Assembly: GCA_964019335.1 (NCBI GenBank) | Contig: OZ025704.1 | Coordinates: forward strand, 372,001 to 436,000 | Reading direction: 5' to 3' | Source of the DNA: Diplonema japonicum | Lineage: Eukaryota; Protista; Euglenozoa: Diplonemea | DNA: 64,000 bases | Shown: positions 33,101 to 44,406 of the stretch, one piece after another | How positions within the stretch are numbered: the first letter of the stretch is position 1 | Layout of the letters: the number at the start of each line of letters is the position of its first letter | Program-made: the position numbers and the translations under genes | Notes under the pieces: generated by a model | Databases searched by the model: none | Told to the model about the DNA's origin: nothing | What the model saw: the letters and a program-made list of their open reading frames with translations, nothing else

Positions 33101-34531
33101 CTCGAAGTGGAGCACGGCAAGAGGTCGCAGCTAGAGGGCAGGATTGCCGGCCTCGAGACAGTACTCGGGAACAAGGAAGCAGACCTTACAAACGCTGTGG
33201 AGCAGAACAATGCCTTGCTGACCAAGATAAAACTGATTGAAAAAAGCAGCAACGACAAGAGCATCTTGGAGGACAAGATCAACCTACTGGAGCACGAGGT
33301 CCTCACGCAGAAAGACGTCATCAGCAGGCTTGAGAGTCAGGACGCACGCAGAAGGGAAGTAGAGCAGAGCCTGCGTGTAGAAGTTGAGGCAGAGGAAGGA
33401 AAGCTTCGCTTGCTTGAGAACGAGCTACACAATCAGACACAGTCGAGATTCGACCTGGAGCACAGGCTGAAGATGGTGGAGGAAGAAGCAGAGGAATTGC
33501 TGAAAGAAAGCAACAGCGAGAAGAACGAGCTCAAGGAGCAGATATGCACACTGCAACTGGGGAAGAGGACGCTTGAAGAAGCCGTCCAACAAGACACAGC
33601 CTCGAATAGACGGGCACAGGAAAAGCTGCTGACTCTAGCACAGGAGAACAAGAGCTTGATGGAGAGCGTGGCGGCGATTGAAGAGGAGAAAGGGAAGATG
33701 GACGTCGAGTTCAGAGAAGCAGTGCGCACACTGGACATCGAGAAGGCGGAGAAGGCCGCGCTGCAGGAGATGGCAATAGAGTACAAAGACAAGGTGCTTA
33801 CGATGGAAAAGAAGGTTAAAATGAGTACCAGCAGTGCAGTCACCACGGAAAACAGGCTCACCACAGATCTGAGACTGAAAGAACAGCAAGTGGAGAACTT
33901 AGAAAGTGCCGTGAATGAGCTGCGAAGGGAGCTGACCGAAAAGACGAGAAGGCTGCAGGACAAGACGGAATGCTTGAGCAAGGAGCAGGATAGGGTGCTG
34001 GATGCTGAGAGGAAGGCCCGTGACATTCACGAGCAAGCGATTCTGCAGCAGAGGTCGATGCAGGACACCGAAACGAGGCTGGGGGAGATGCAGAAACAGC
34101 AGGCGACGGTGATGCAACTGAAGGAAGAAATTGCTGTTGCTCTCCAACACAAAGAGCACGCCCTGCAGGACGTGATGAAGCAGGTCCACGTGTACAAGAA
34201 GAGAGCTGAACAGGAGCAGACGGCTGCTGCGTCTTTGAAACGAAGCCTTGCAGAGTCGGAGGCCGACCTGCACGCCTACGAAGAGCGTGTCAGGGAGATG
34301 GAGAGGAGGCTGACGAACTTCGACAGCGAATCGGCTGCGAAGGTGGCTGGTCTTGAGGCAGAGAGGTATGCGTGTGCAAAAAAGAAAAAAGAGATTCATC
34401 ATACTCAAAGGGGCGAGAACGAGGCAACTGCTGCATTGCTGAAGCGTGAACTGCACGAACAGCTGGAAGCCTCACGCGAAAAGGAACGGAACTATAAAAA
34501 GACTATTACAGCGCTTACTCAAAAATGGTGT

Positions 34532-34584
<53 letters not shown>

Positions 34585-34833
34585 CCTGGCCACCGCCCCA
34601 CAGCACGTTAGCAGACGAGACTCTCAGTAAGTTTGAAGATTTCAGTACCTACAACGGCCAGCTACGGGAGAGCAATACCCGCCTTCGCGAGGAGCTTGAG
34701 GGATCGCGTCAAGAGCTCGAGGTCACTCGTGATCAGGTTTGTCGTCATGTTAGTTTGTTTTTTTTTACATTCTTTTCTCCAGGTACTGGACTTGCAAGCA
34801 CAGTTGTCCCGTTCAATTCATAAGTTTGGATAA
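30158..34833 (+). CDS. Large coiled-coil protein (about 1,500 aa) with an S/T/P-rich head; introns 34366-34410, 34528-34603, 34737-34782
   Basis: Continuous 1490-codon ORF of E/K/Q/L heptads. GT-AG introns restore the frame to TAA at 34831-34833. Confidence 0.8.
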
Positions 34834-35290
34834 GCAAAGCGGGTAAAAAGGAAAAGAACAAGATATAACATATTCCTCTCGCCCATTATTTTTATTTTTT
34901 TTTACTTTTTAGAGTTTTTTTAATGTCAGAAAAAAAATGAAAAAAGAGAAAAAAAAGGAATTGAATAATAAAAAAGATATTTCGCCCTAATTTTCTTCCC
35001 CCTTCCCCCCCCCCCCCCCCTTTGTCCAGAGTTCTTATAAAAGAACAATTGTTTGTTTCTATAGCCCCCCCACTAAAAAGAATTGCTTTTTCTTTTCTTT
35101 TATAGTTTCACCCACCCCATTGTACAATCCTTAGAAGAAAAAAAAAGTACCGTTCCCCCCCCCTCCATTTTTTTCTAGAGCAAGATTTTTTTGTTGTTGT
35201 TTTTTTTTTTTTTTTTTTTTTTACCTTTTTTTTTCTGAAATATCCCAACCGCGCAAACTTCCAAAAAAAAGAAAAAGAAAAAAAAGAAAA

Positions 35291-37000
35291 ATGGGTTATG
35301 GGTTAAAATGGGAACCATGGGTGGTAGTTGTGGGGTGTGTGTTTATGCAGCTGGCAGGGGGGCACATCTACCTCTTTGGGACATATTCGAATGAACTGAA
35401 ATACGTGTTATTCAGAGACGCCTCAGACGCTCAAACAAGGATCCAAGCCATGGCCCTCGCGGGGAACATAGGGTGCTACCTGCCGTTGTCAGGGCTATGG
35501 CACGACACACGCTTTGGAGGCGCGACAACTACTGCAATCCTAGGCTCACTACTGACCTTCCCGGGATATTTTCTTCTGTACAAAGCGATCAACGGTACTG
35601 ATATACCGTACGCTGCACTTCTGTTCATATGCGGGTTATGGGGCAGCGGGGCATCCTTCTTCAACACCTCTGCCATTGCGACCAGCATACGAAACTTCCC
35701 CCATCATCGAGGAATGATAATCGGCTTGATGGCCTCCTTCTTCGGTCTATCAGCGAGCGTCTTGGTTCAAAGCTATGTCACATGGTTCAAACCCAAACCA
35801 TTGGAGGATATGAACGGGATGGTCCCGCCTCCCGCGGAGCAGATTGAAAACGATGTTTCCGGCGCGTCGAATTTCTTATTATTCCTGTCGATAGGGCCGC
35901 CTATCCTAGCGGTGTTAACGGTGACGTTTGTATCCCGGACAGACCCTGTCCCTGTTTCAAAAAGAGCTGCTACAAGATTTAAAGCCTGTTACACGATTAT
36001 CTTCACAACCGCAATCGTTCTCCTCACCTCCGGTATATACACGACGGCATCGGGGATCAAAAAGGGAAGCGGGCACTGGACGGAAGACGCTACCATGTGG
36101 ACGGTTGTCCTGCTACTGTCGTTGTTTCTTCTCGTCCCGTACAAGGCGTATAAAAAAGTTCCTTACAAGGATTTGGAAGAGCCTGCTGAGACGTCAAAAG
36201 AACCTGGCAACGAGGTGAAACTGTCGAAGGAAGAGGAAGGACCGATGGACGCCTTGCGGTCTGTACGGTTTTACTTGATGTTCGGAAGTCTCTTCCCTGT
36301 CATGGGCGGCGGGCTGATGGTTTTGAACAACATCGCGCAAATATTGAAGGCGAAGGATAAGTCAGATGCGAACGATGTCATGGTGCAGCTTATGAGCGTA
36401 TTTAACTGTTTTGCCAGGCTTCTCATTGGTGTTGTGGGGGATTATTTCGTTCATAAGTTTAACCGTCCTGTGCTGCTTAGTTTCATACTCGTAGTGATGG
36501 GGGTGTCGCACGCTATGCTTGCTCTACCGGTAGATTTTTTAGTCATACCGGGAGCTTGTCTTGCAGCGTTTGGATACGGCTGCGCGTGGTCGACCTTCCC
36601 ACCGCTCATTGCGGAGATCTTCGGGTTTGGATCGTTTGCTACCTTGTATTCGATGTTCGCTATGGCGGCTTGCTTGGGATCTTTGGTTTTTTCAACGCTT
36701 CTTGCGTCAAAAGTGTACGAGCATCATACAGAGTCCGGCGAGACAGATTGCTACGGCAATTCGTGCTACCAGCTGACACATGCAATCATATGCTGTGCAT
36801 GCGGTATCGGGTTTGTTTGTTCTCTTATCTTGAACAGGCTTGTGTCGCACATCTACCGCCCTCGTGTCGGAACGGAGGTCATTGAGCTGCACGATGGTGC
36901 TGTTTCCGAAGCATCTGTTAGCTCTGCTAAACGGGTCAGCGTCCCTTCCGTCATCACCCCTATTCTTGACGAGGAGAATATAATCGAGCATGTAGAATAG
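35291..37000 (+). CDS. MFS transporter, nodulin-like/NFD4/Mch1 family
   Basis: GHIYLFGTYSNELK, RNFPHHRGMIIGL..FFGLSAS, VLNNIAQI, SVFNCFARL, EIFG, CYGNSCY; about 12-14 TM segments. Confidence 0.88.
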   Translation: MGYGLKWEPWVVVVGCVFMQLAGGHIYLFGTYSNELKYVLFRDASDAQTRIQAMALAGNIGCYLPLSGLWHDTRFGGATTTAILGSLLTFPGYFLLYKAINGTDIPYAALLFICGLWGSGASFFNTSAIATSIRNFPHHRGMIIGLMASFFGLSASVLVQSYVTWFKPKPLEDMNGMVPPPAEQIENDVSGASNFLLFLSIGPPILAVLTVTFVSRTDPVPVSKRAATRFKACYTIIFTTAIVLLTSGIYTTASGIKKGSGHWTEDATMWTVVLLLSLFLLVPYKAYKKVPYKDLEEPAETSKEPGNEVKLSKEEEGPMDALRSVRFYLMFGSLFPVMGGGLMVLNNIAQILKAKDKSDANDVMVQLMSVFNCFARLLIGVVGDYFVHKFNRPVLLSFILVVMGVSHAMLALPVDFLVIPGACLAAFGYGCAWSTFPPLIAEIFGFGSFATLYSMFAMAACLGSLVFSTLLASKVYEHHTESGETDCYGNSCYQLTHAIICCACGIGFVCSLILNRLVSHIYRPRVGTEVIELHDGAVSEASVSSAKRVSVPSVITPILDEENIIEHVE

Positions 37001-37758
37001 AATGAAGAACAGCTTTAATTATGTTTTTCTTTTTTAGACCCCCCCCTCCCATAGGGCGGCCCTCTAGCGGGGGGCTTGTCCTGTACTTTGAGTTTTTTTT
37101 TGTTTGTTAACGTTGCAATTGGTACCATTTTTTTTTTTCTTCTTTGTTTTGGTGGGGGGAAAAAAAAAGAAAATGCGGTTCAGTGTGTTGTTTTTATTAG
37201 AAATAAAAAGAAAAAAAGAAGAAGAAACCGACAAGAAAAGAATTTAAAATTAAAAAAAAAAAAGGACGTTTCAACAATGAGTAGTACCCTTTTGCACACT
37301 GAAATTTGAAGTTTTATACCGATTTTTTTTTCCTCTGCATCACGTTAGAGGTTTGGGGCCTCTAGCAAAAAGAAAAGTAGAATTACGAAACAAAAAGAAA
37401 GATGGAGGGGAGGAAGGAGGAGGGGGGTGTTTAAAAATTAAATATCTTCTTCCTTTTTCTTTTTTAAAAAATGTCTTTCGCCTCCTCCCTTCCTTCCTTC
37501 CTTCCCCACGCCCCCTTTACACCCAAATGGCAAAGGAATGTTCAAATTTTATCTTTTTTTTTGAGATAAGTAGAGACAAGGGGGACGTTCCAAAACAGTA
37601 TTCTCCTTTATCTCATCTCTTTTTTTTTCTTTTCTTCTTTTTTTTTTTTTTTGTATTCTTCCACACCAGAGCGGCATTTTCTTCTTTTTTTATTTGAAAA
37701 AAAGAACCCCCCCCATCTACTCCTAAAAAGCGAAGGGGGGGAAAAAAACAAAGAAGAA

Positions 37759-38749
37759 ATGAACGCGGTGACGGCAAACCGGCTGCTGTACCTAGGGGGA
37801 AACCTGCGAGGGGTGCTGACTGGGCTCCTGCAGAGCTGCTACAATGATGCCACTGCAGATATAACAAAAATCAAACAGAAATCAGACTTGGCTGACCGAT
37901 ACCAGACCGAGATCAACGACCTTGGCACCAAGCTGGGCATGAAAGGCAAGATGGTCACAATCAAGGACCCTGTCGTCCTCAAAGAAGTTTACTATGCAAA
38001 ACGAAGGCAGCTAGTGCAGTTAACCCAGGACGACACCGTCTACAATGGGATGAAGAAAACACTTAAGGCGGGGTTACGGTTCAAGCCAAACAGCGTCGGA
38101 ACGTTCCTACACAGAGAGGTACCCTACCTGCCACCCAACTTCGACTGGAAATCCTCGGGCAAGGCATTGCTGATACAAGAAGGCTTCGATTTGAAAAGAT
38201 TCTCCCAACTCATACCAACGTGTGTACAGTCGAAAAGAAAAAAGAAGAAAAAGAAAGAGGAAAAAAAAAAAGAAAATACAGCTGCCTTGCTTCAGACGTC
38301 CGAACCATATTTGTTGACACAAATAAAATGGACTTTCTGCCGGACGGGACACTGACTGGTCTCAACACCCTGCTAGCCACGCGAGGGCAGGTCGAGCGCA
38401 TTGCACTGTACAAGGTACACTCCGCGGTTCATACAGTCAAAGCAGCGAAGCTCAATGGAGTGAACATTTATGGCATGTCCCAGCAGACCTCGGCAGCAAG
38501 CCGATCGGTGGAGCTGAACAAGGTATGAAAGAAAGACAAAACCACCCCCGCACACAGATAACCCCAATCTCGCATAACAGTTCTGTCCCAGTCTTGTTTG
38601 TTATCGGAAAAGAAGGCGAGCCTCTGCAGCCGCGAGTTCAGAAGTATTGCAAGGTTGTGGTCAGCCCATCGGCCGCCCAACGGCTGCCATTACAGGAAAC
38701 AGCATTTCTGGGTGCGGTGCTCGGGAGGTTTGTGGACCCGAGTTTCTGA
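37759..38749 (+). CDS. Degenerate SpoU/TrmH (SPOUT) RNA-methyltransferase-like protein; introns 38220-38281 and 38523-38557
   Basis: Three ORF pieces joined by GT-AG introns. C-terminal VLFVIGKEGEPL...VQKYCKVVVSP resembles SpoU motif 2 (lvlGxEgxG). Gene model is firm, family call is tentative. Confidence 0.55.
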
Positions 38750-38848
38750 GAGTTTTTCACATGTTATTAGTATCCCCCCCTCCACCCCCTCCTCCCCCCC
38801 AAGTACCTAACCGTTTTCGTCCATTAAGAAGCGACAAAGAAAGAAGAA

Positions 38849-39478
38849 ATGGCGGTGTTGGCTACAGTGAGCATGGTTGTGTTAGGGGGGATGGCGCCAC
38901 TTCCGCCCAACTGGGGCCCGCAGTTTTCTGTTCCCATCAACCAGACCATCAGGGTGGGTGGCGAGACGCACAACAGCATGTTTATGTACTACTACGATGC
39001 TGTGAACAACGTCTCGCGCACGGACCATGGGAAGGGGCAGTACGACGAGATGTGTAGGAGCATCATTGGGAAGGAGTTCAGCGATGAGGCTTGCTCCTTC
39101 TTCGTGGCTCTCGACGGGTGGAGGTACCTCTACTTCCCTGCCGACAAGGAAGCATCTTGCTGCAAGTATTGCAACAAAACCGAAGGCTGTGGGATCATCA
39201 AGAAAAACTGGCTTGACGGGGCGACCTACCAAGGCCAGCTCACCATCGAGGGCCACGTCTGCAACGGCTGGCTCAAGATGGGCGGAGAGCAGAACTTCTA
39301 CTACGCCACTGCCGACGCTGCCCAACAGCCCTGCCTTTACTATGAAGGTTACCCCACCCTCCAGAGGGGCATCAACATGTGGAACTATTCCTTCACGGAG
39401 TACATTGTTGGCAAACAGGACCCTTCCCTCTTCCAGCCCTGGCCTTCTTGTGACAAGCCATGTCATGTGAAGATGTAG
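38849..39478 (+). CDS. Secreted/lysosomal ependymin-related (EPDR-like) protein
   Basis: Signal peptide; PPNWGPQFS, YYYDAVNNVSRTDH, CC..C....GCG, WLDGATYQGQLTIEGHVCNGW, C-terminal DPSLF..P..C. Confidence 0.6.
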   Translation: MAVLATVSMVVLGGMAPLPPNWGPQFSVPINQTIRVGGETHNSMFMYYYDAVNNVSRTDHGKGQYDEMCRSIIGKEFSDEACSFFVALDGWRYLYFPADKEASCCKYCNKTEGCGIIKKNWLDGATYQGQLTIEGHVCNGWLKMGGEQNFYYATADAAQQPCLYYEGYPTLQRGINMWNYSFTEYIVGKQDPSLFQPWPSCDKPCHVKM

Positions 39479-39724
39479 AGAAATACCCATTGCGGGACGG
39501 CCTTTTTCGTCCTTTTTGAGAAAGGTCGTGTGAAGTGTTTTCTTGATCATCGGTAACGTCACTATCACCTCACCTCATTAATCGGGCTGTTGGGCTGCGT
39601 AAAGACGTCCACAGCACGATACGCACATTACTAGCGTGGGGCAACAGGTCTCCATTTTGTATTGCTATTATCTTTAGTTTTTGTGTCACAGTACATCAGC
39701 ACAAAGGAATAAAAAAAAAAAGAA

Positions 39725-42022
39725 ATGTCTGACGGCAACTGGGATGGGCAGCAGTACGGCCAGCAGTATGGCCAGTACCCTCAGCAACAGTATGGGCAGC
39801 AGCAGCAAGGTGCTAAGGGTGGTAAGGGCGGTTACCAACAGCCCTGGCAGCAACAGCAACAACAGCCGCAACAGTGGCAGCAGCAACAGCAACAGCAGCC
39901 GCAGCAGTACGGGCAGCCCCAACAGTGGCAACAGCCCCAGCAGGGTTACCAACAGCAGTACGGCCAGTATCCCCAGCAGCAGGCTCAGCAGTGGCAGCAG
40001 CCTCAGCAGGTACAGGGACAGGCCCAGGGGTACCAGGCCCAGACCCAGGCGTACAACCCCCAGTCGCAGCCCTACGTGCCCCAGGGGCGCGCAGCATCTC
40101 AGCCCATGATGATGCAGCCGCAGGCCCAGGCAAAGCCCACGCAGCCTGTGCCTAAGCCCAGCGGCAAGTCAGCCGTCCCGGGTAAGCTCCAGCCCCGTCA
40201 GGTCGGCGGCGGTGGCAACACCGGCGTCCCCGGCAAGCTCCAGCCCCGTCAGGTCGGTGCCACCGATGGTTTCATGAAGGGCGGAAAGAAGGGCGACTCC
40301 AAGAACGTGGTCCTCCCCATGCCCACTCAGCCCCAGCAGCAGCCCGCCGCCGCCACCACTTCTGAGGCACCGAAGCCTAAGCCTAAGGCCAAGTCCATCT
40401 CTTTGTCCGCAACCAAGAAGCCTGAGAAGCCTGAGGAGAAGAAGGAAGAAAAGAAGGTCGAGGAGAAGGAGAAGGAGAAGGAGAAGGAGGAGAAAAAGCC
40501 CGAGAAGCCCAAAGAGGAACCCGTTGCACCAGCTGTTGCGTCGCCCAAAGAGGCTGAGGAGGCGGAGAAGCTTCCGCCCAAGGAGAAGAAACAATACAAG
40601 AGAGACCCTAGGCCCCACTTGAACTGCGTCTTCATAGGGCACGTCGACGCTGGTAAGAGTACCATCAGCGGGAACATGATGGTGCTGAGCGGCTGCGTTG
40701 ACGACAGGACAATGGAGAAGTACGAAAGGGAGGCGAAGCAAAAGAACCGTGAGGGGTGGCACCTGGCGTACATCCTGGATGTTGATGAACAGGAGCGAGA
40801 AAAGGGAAAGACACACGAGACGGGTTCTGCGTACTTCGAGACCCCGGACAGGAGGTTCACAATCCTGGATGCCCCTGGGCATAAGGCCTTCGTCCCGTCC
40901 ATGATCGGTGGTGCATGCCAGGCCGATGTTGCCGTCCTTGTGATCTCTGCAAGGAAGGGAGAATTCGAGACCGGGTTCGAGAGGGGTGGCCAGACCCGTG
41001 AGCACGCGCTGCTTGTGAAGACATGCGGTGTGAGGTACCTCATCGTCGCCATCAACAAGATGGACGAGCCCAGCGTGGCCTTCTCCGAGGAGAGGTACAA
41101 TGAGATCGTGGAAAAGCTGACGCCGTACCTCAGGCAGATCGGGTTCGCTAAGAGCCAGTTCGAGTTCCTCCCCGTCTCCGGTCTGACAGGTGTCGGGCTC
41201 AAGACACCCATCCCTCAGGAAAAGTGCCCGTGGTGGGATGGCAGGTCTCTCCAGGAATGCCTGAACAACCTTCAGGTCCCGGGTAGGAAGGAAGACGACC
41301 CTGTGAGGTTCCCTGTGCACGGGAAGTACAAGGATGAGGGCAAGGTTCACGTCCACGGCAAGATCGAGTCCGGGCAGTTCGGGGTCGGCGACAAGGTATT
41401 ACCGATGCCTAACTATCCCCCCCCCCCCCCCCCCTCTAACCCTTACCACCACAGCTTCTCGTCCAGCCGACCAGAAATATTGCGGTCATCGAAGGCATCA
41501 CTCTTGAAGACCATGCTCAGGAGGCGGGTTTCGCTGGCGACCACTTGATATTGAAGCTCAAGGGCGTGGAGGAGGAGGACATGAGGGCAGGATACGTGCT
41601 GACTGACCCGAGAGAGCCGCTGAAGAACACCATCTACTTCCACGCACAGGTATGCCGCGTCCCTCAAAAAAAGAACAATAATAAAGGTGATGATTTTGGA
41701 TGTGAAGAGTATCATCTCATCTGGCTACTCGTGCGTGATGCACATCCACTCGGCTGCTGAGGAGGTTGTTTTCCATGAGCTTCTTGCAACGATTAACAAA
41801 AAGACGAACAAGGTAATTGAGAAGTACCCCAAGTTCGTTAAGGGTAACGAGTGTGTCATGGTCAGGATGGAGGTCAGCCAGTCCATTTGCATTGAGGAGT
41901 ACAAGACCTTTGACAGGATGGGTAGGTTCATGCTTCGTGATGAGGGAAAGACCATCGCCGTCGGTGTCGTTACCAAGCTCCTGGAAAAGTGCCCTGACAA
42001 GGTAGGCCCCAATGTTGCCTAA
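39725..42022 (+). CDS. GSPT1: Eukaryotic peptide chain release factor 3 (eRF3/Sup35); introns 41396-41454 and 41650-41686
   Basis: HLNCVFIGHVDAGKST, DAPGHKAFVPSMIGGA, SARKGEFETGFERGGQTREH, INKMD, GRFMLRDEGKTIAVG; Q/Y/G-rich N and K/E-rich M regions. Confidence 0.95.
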
Positions 42023-42133
42023 GCAGTAGGTGTCAGCAGAGTGAAAGGAAGAAAAAACTCAGAGAGAATATAAGTGTATCATTTTTATCCCCCCTCCCTG
42101 ATACTTTTTTGTACCTATCATATGATTTTATAC

Positions 42134-42164
<31 letters not shown>

Positions 42165-42972
42165 AATTGCAGATTTTTTCTTGTTTTGAATATAAAAAAA
42201 AAAGAAAGGGGGAAAAAAAAAAAAAAAAAAAAAAACCGAGTGAAAAGAAAATTGCTGGACTGAAGAAAGGAATATTTTAAAAAAAGAAAAAAAAAAAGAA
42301 AAAGGAGGAAATATTCCATAACTAACCTGGAAAGATTTTTCGCCCCTCCTTTTTTTTTTTTAAAGCTTTTTAGTTTCACAAGGGTGGCCGCTGTGTCACA
42401 TATCGCATGGCGCCACTATACGCGACTACCATTTTTTCTCTCTTTTTTTTTGTTCTACCCCCGAAAAGAAGAGAGAAAAAAAGAAAAATGTAGTTGAGTG
42501 AGGAAGGGGGGGTGGTTTTTTTTATATAGTCGTTCCTTTTTGTTTCCGCTTTTTCTTTTCCTGTTTTTTTGTTCTTTTTATATTCAGCCCTACTGTGTTT
42601 TTTTTTTTTTTTTTTTTTTTTTTACCTTTTTCCTGACCTTTTTTTTAAATAGCACACACACACACCCACACGCCCAGCCCATATTTTTCTTTTACTCTTT
42701 CTTTTTTTTCTCTCTTTTTCTTTTTAAGAACAAGGAAACAAAACTTCAACCCCCCCCCCCCCCCCGTCCCAATTCTCACTTTTTTTTTAGCCCTCCGTTG
42801 CTAGTTCCCCTATTCCCTCTACCCCTCCCGTCCTCCATGTTTTTTTTTTAAAAAAAAGAGAAGTTATTTCGCGTCGTTCAGAAAGTTTTTAAAACCATTC
42901 CACAAGATATAAAAAAAAAGAAAGGTGGGTTGCAAAAAAAGAAGGAAAAAAAAGCGAAAAAAAAAAAAACAA

Positions 42973-43252
42973 ATGAGCATGAGCGAAATAAAACAGAAGG
43001 ACACCCCTAAGGTGAGCCCTATTGAGGAGCTCTTCACGGGGGTAGAAGAAGTAGTTGAAAATGAAGTGATGATGAACACCGAGGACTTGAAAGTGCTGGA
43101 AGCTATCAACATGGGGCTGAAGAGCAAGTACACAGGGATGACACAGAGGTGCGACAATATCCAAGGGGCACTGCTAGAAATGTTGAAAGACTACCAAGAC
43201 TTGCAACCGTACTTTGCGCAAATTGATTCTTTGGAGATGTATGCTTTTACTC

Positions 43253-43283
<31 letters not shown>

Positions 43284-43378
43284 ACAGATCTCTTTCCCGA
43301 TTGGAAGATGTGGCCAACCAGCTGGAAACCTACTCGATCAACCTAGAACAAAGGGTTATTAGCCAGGTTACTTCTTGA
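42973..43378 (+). CDS. BLOC1S2: BLOC-1 subunit 2-like; intron 43239-43287
   Basis: EDLKVLEAINMGLKSKY..M; LQPYFAQIDSLE; after the intron SRLEDVANQLETYSINLE; TGA 43376-43378. Confidence 0.85.
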
Positions 43379-43555
43379 TGGTGGGGAGAGAAACACAACA
43401 AAGAAATATCGTCCCCCCCCCCCCCGCTTTTTTATCTTATATGTCCCACCCCCCCCGTGTGAGTTTTTTTTAAAAAAGATTTTTAAGACCAAAAAAGAAA
43501 AAACAGCCCAAACACCCAAAACTCGCATCCCCCAGCAAAAAAAAAAAAAAAAGAA

Positions 43556-44239
43556 ATGTCAGATGAGACCTCCCTCTACGCAGTACTGGGTGTGAGCAAG
43601 TATGCAACTCACGAGGAGATTAAGAAGGCGTACCGGAGGCTGGCTGTTGCGTATCATCCTGACAAGAACCCGGAAGGGGGGAAGGTGTTCAAGGAGGTGT
43701 CGTACGCCTACAAGGTTCTCAGCGACACGGAGCAGCGGGCCATCTACGACACAGGGAAGACGGCAGGAGGGAGGAGGAGAAGGGACCCCGAGATGGACCC
43801 CAACGTAGAGCTTGAAGGCGACGCACTTAAACAATTCATCGACAGTCTAGCGAGAGAGGAGGAAGAGGCTGCTGCAAGGCGGCGTGCCTTCTCTGAACGG
43901 AGAAAAGAAGAATTCGCACGGAGATTAAAATTCGAAGGCATGAACCCCGGCTTCAAGATGCCCGTTCTTCCGGAGATTCAACGGTTCAAAGCGCAAGCCA
44001 ACTCCAAGCCCCCCAAGCCCGCCCCTGTAAGAAAGCCTTCTGCGGCACCTACCTACTTTTATCGCCGCCCGTCGACTCCCCCTTATGACCCTGATGTGGC
44101 CGCGCTCCACCAGAGAGCCCACTCCTTCAACTACCGACGTTTTGTTCAAGAGAGCACCCATCCTGATCTTTTACAAGATGCGATTTTATCAGATGCTCTC
44201 GAAGGTTACAAAGCGTCGTGCCTTTCGAAGGAGGGGTAA
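43556..44239 (+). CDS. DnaJ (J-domain) protein
   Basis: SLYAVLGVS...[19 protein letters not shown]...[13 protein letters not shown]...RAIYD. Confidence 0.93.
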   Translation: MSDETSLYAVLGVSKYATHEEIKKAYRRLAVAYHPDKNPEGGKVFKEVSYAYKVLSDTEQRAIYDTGKTAGGRRRRDPEMDPNVELEGDALKQFIDSLAREEEEAAARRRAFSERRKEEFARRLKFEGMNPGFKMPVLPEIQRFKAQANSKPPKPAPVRKPSAAPTYFYRRPSTPPYDPDVAALHQRAHSFNYRRFVQESTHPDLLQDAILSDALEGYKASCLSKEG

Positions 44240-44406
44240 GAAGATTTAAAGAAAGAGGTGGATCCCTAATAAATATTGTCTCTCCCCGCACACACACACA
44301 CAAACACCTTTATTCTTCTTCTTATGTTTCCCCCTCTTCCCAAAAGAAAAAAGATGAGAATTAATATAAAGTGTTTTCTTTTCTTTTATTAAAAGATTGA
44401 AATAAC

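Noticed and set aside
40169-41356. Long minus-strand ORFs (e.g. 40169-41356, 40327-41211, 28671-29600, 44925-45689, 53730-54503, 2697-3455, 38882-39568)
   Set aside because: Antisense shadows of well-supported + strand genes with biased codon usage; no motifs of their own.
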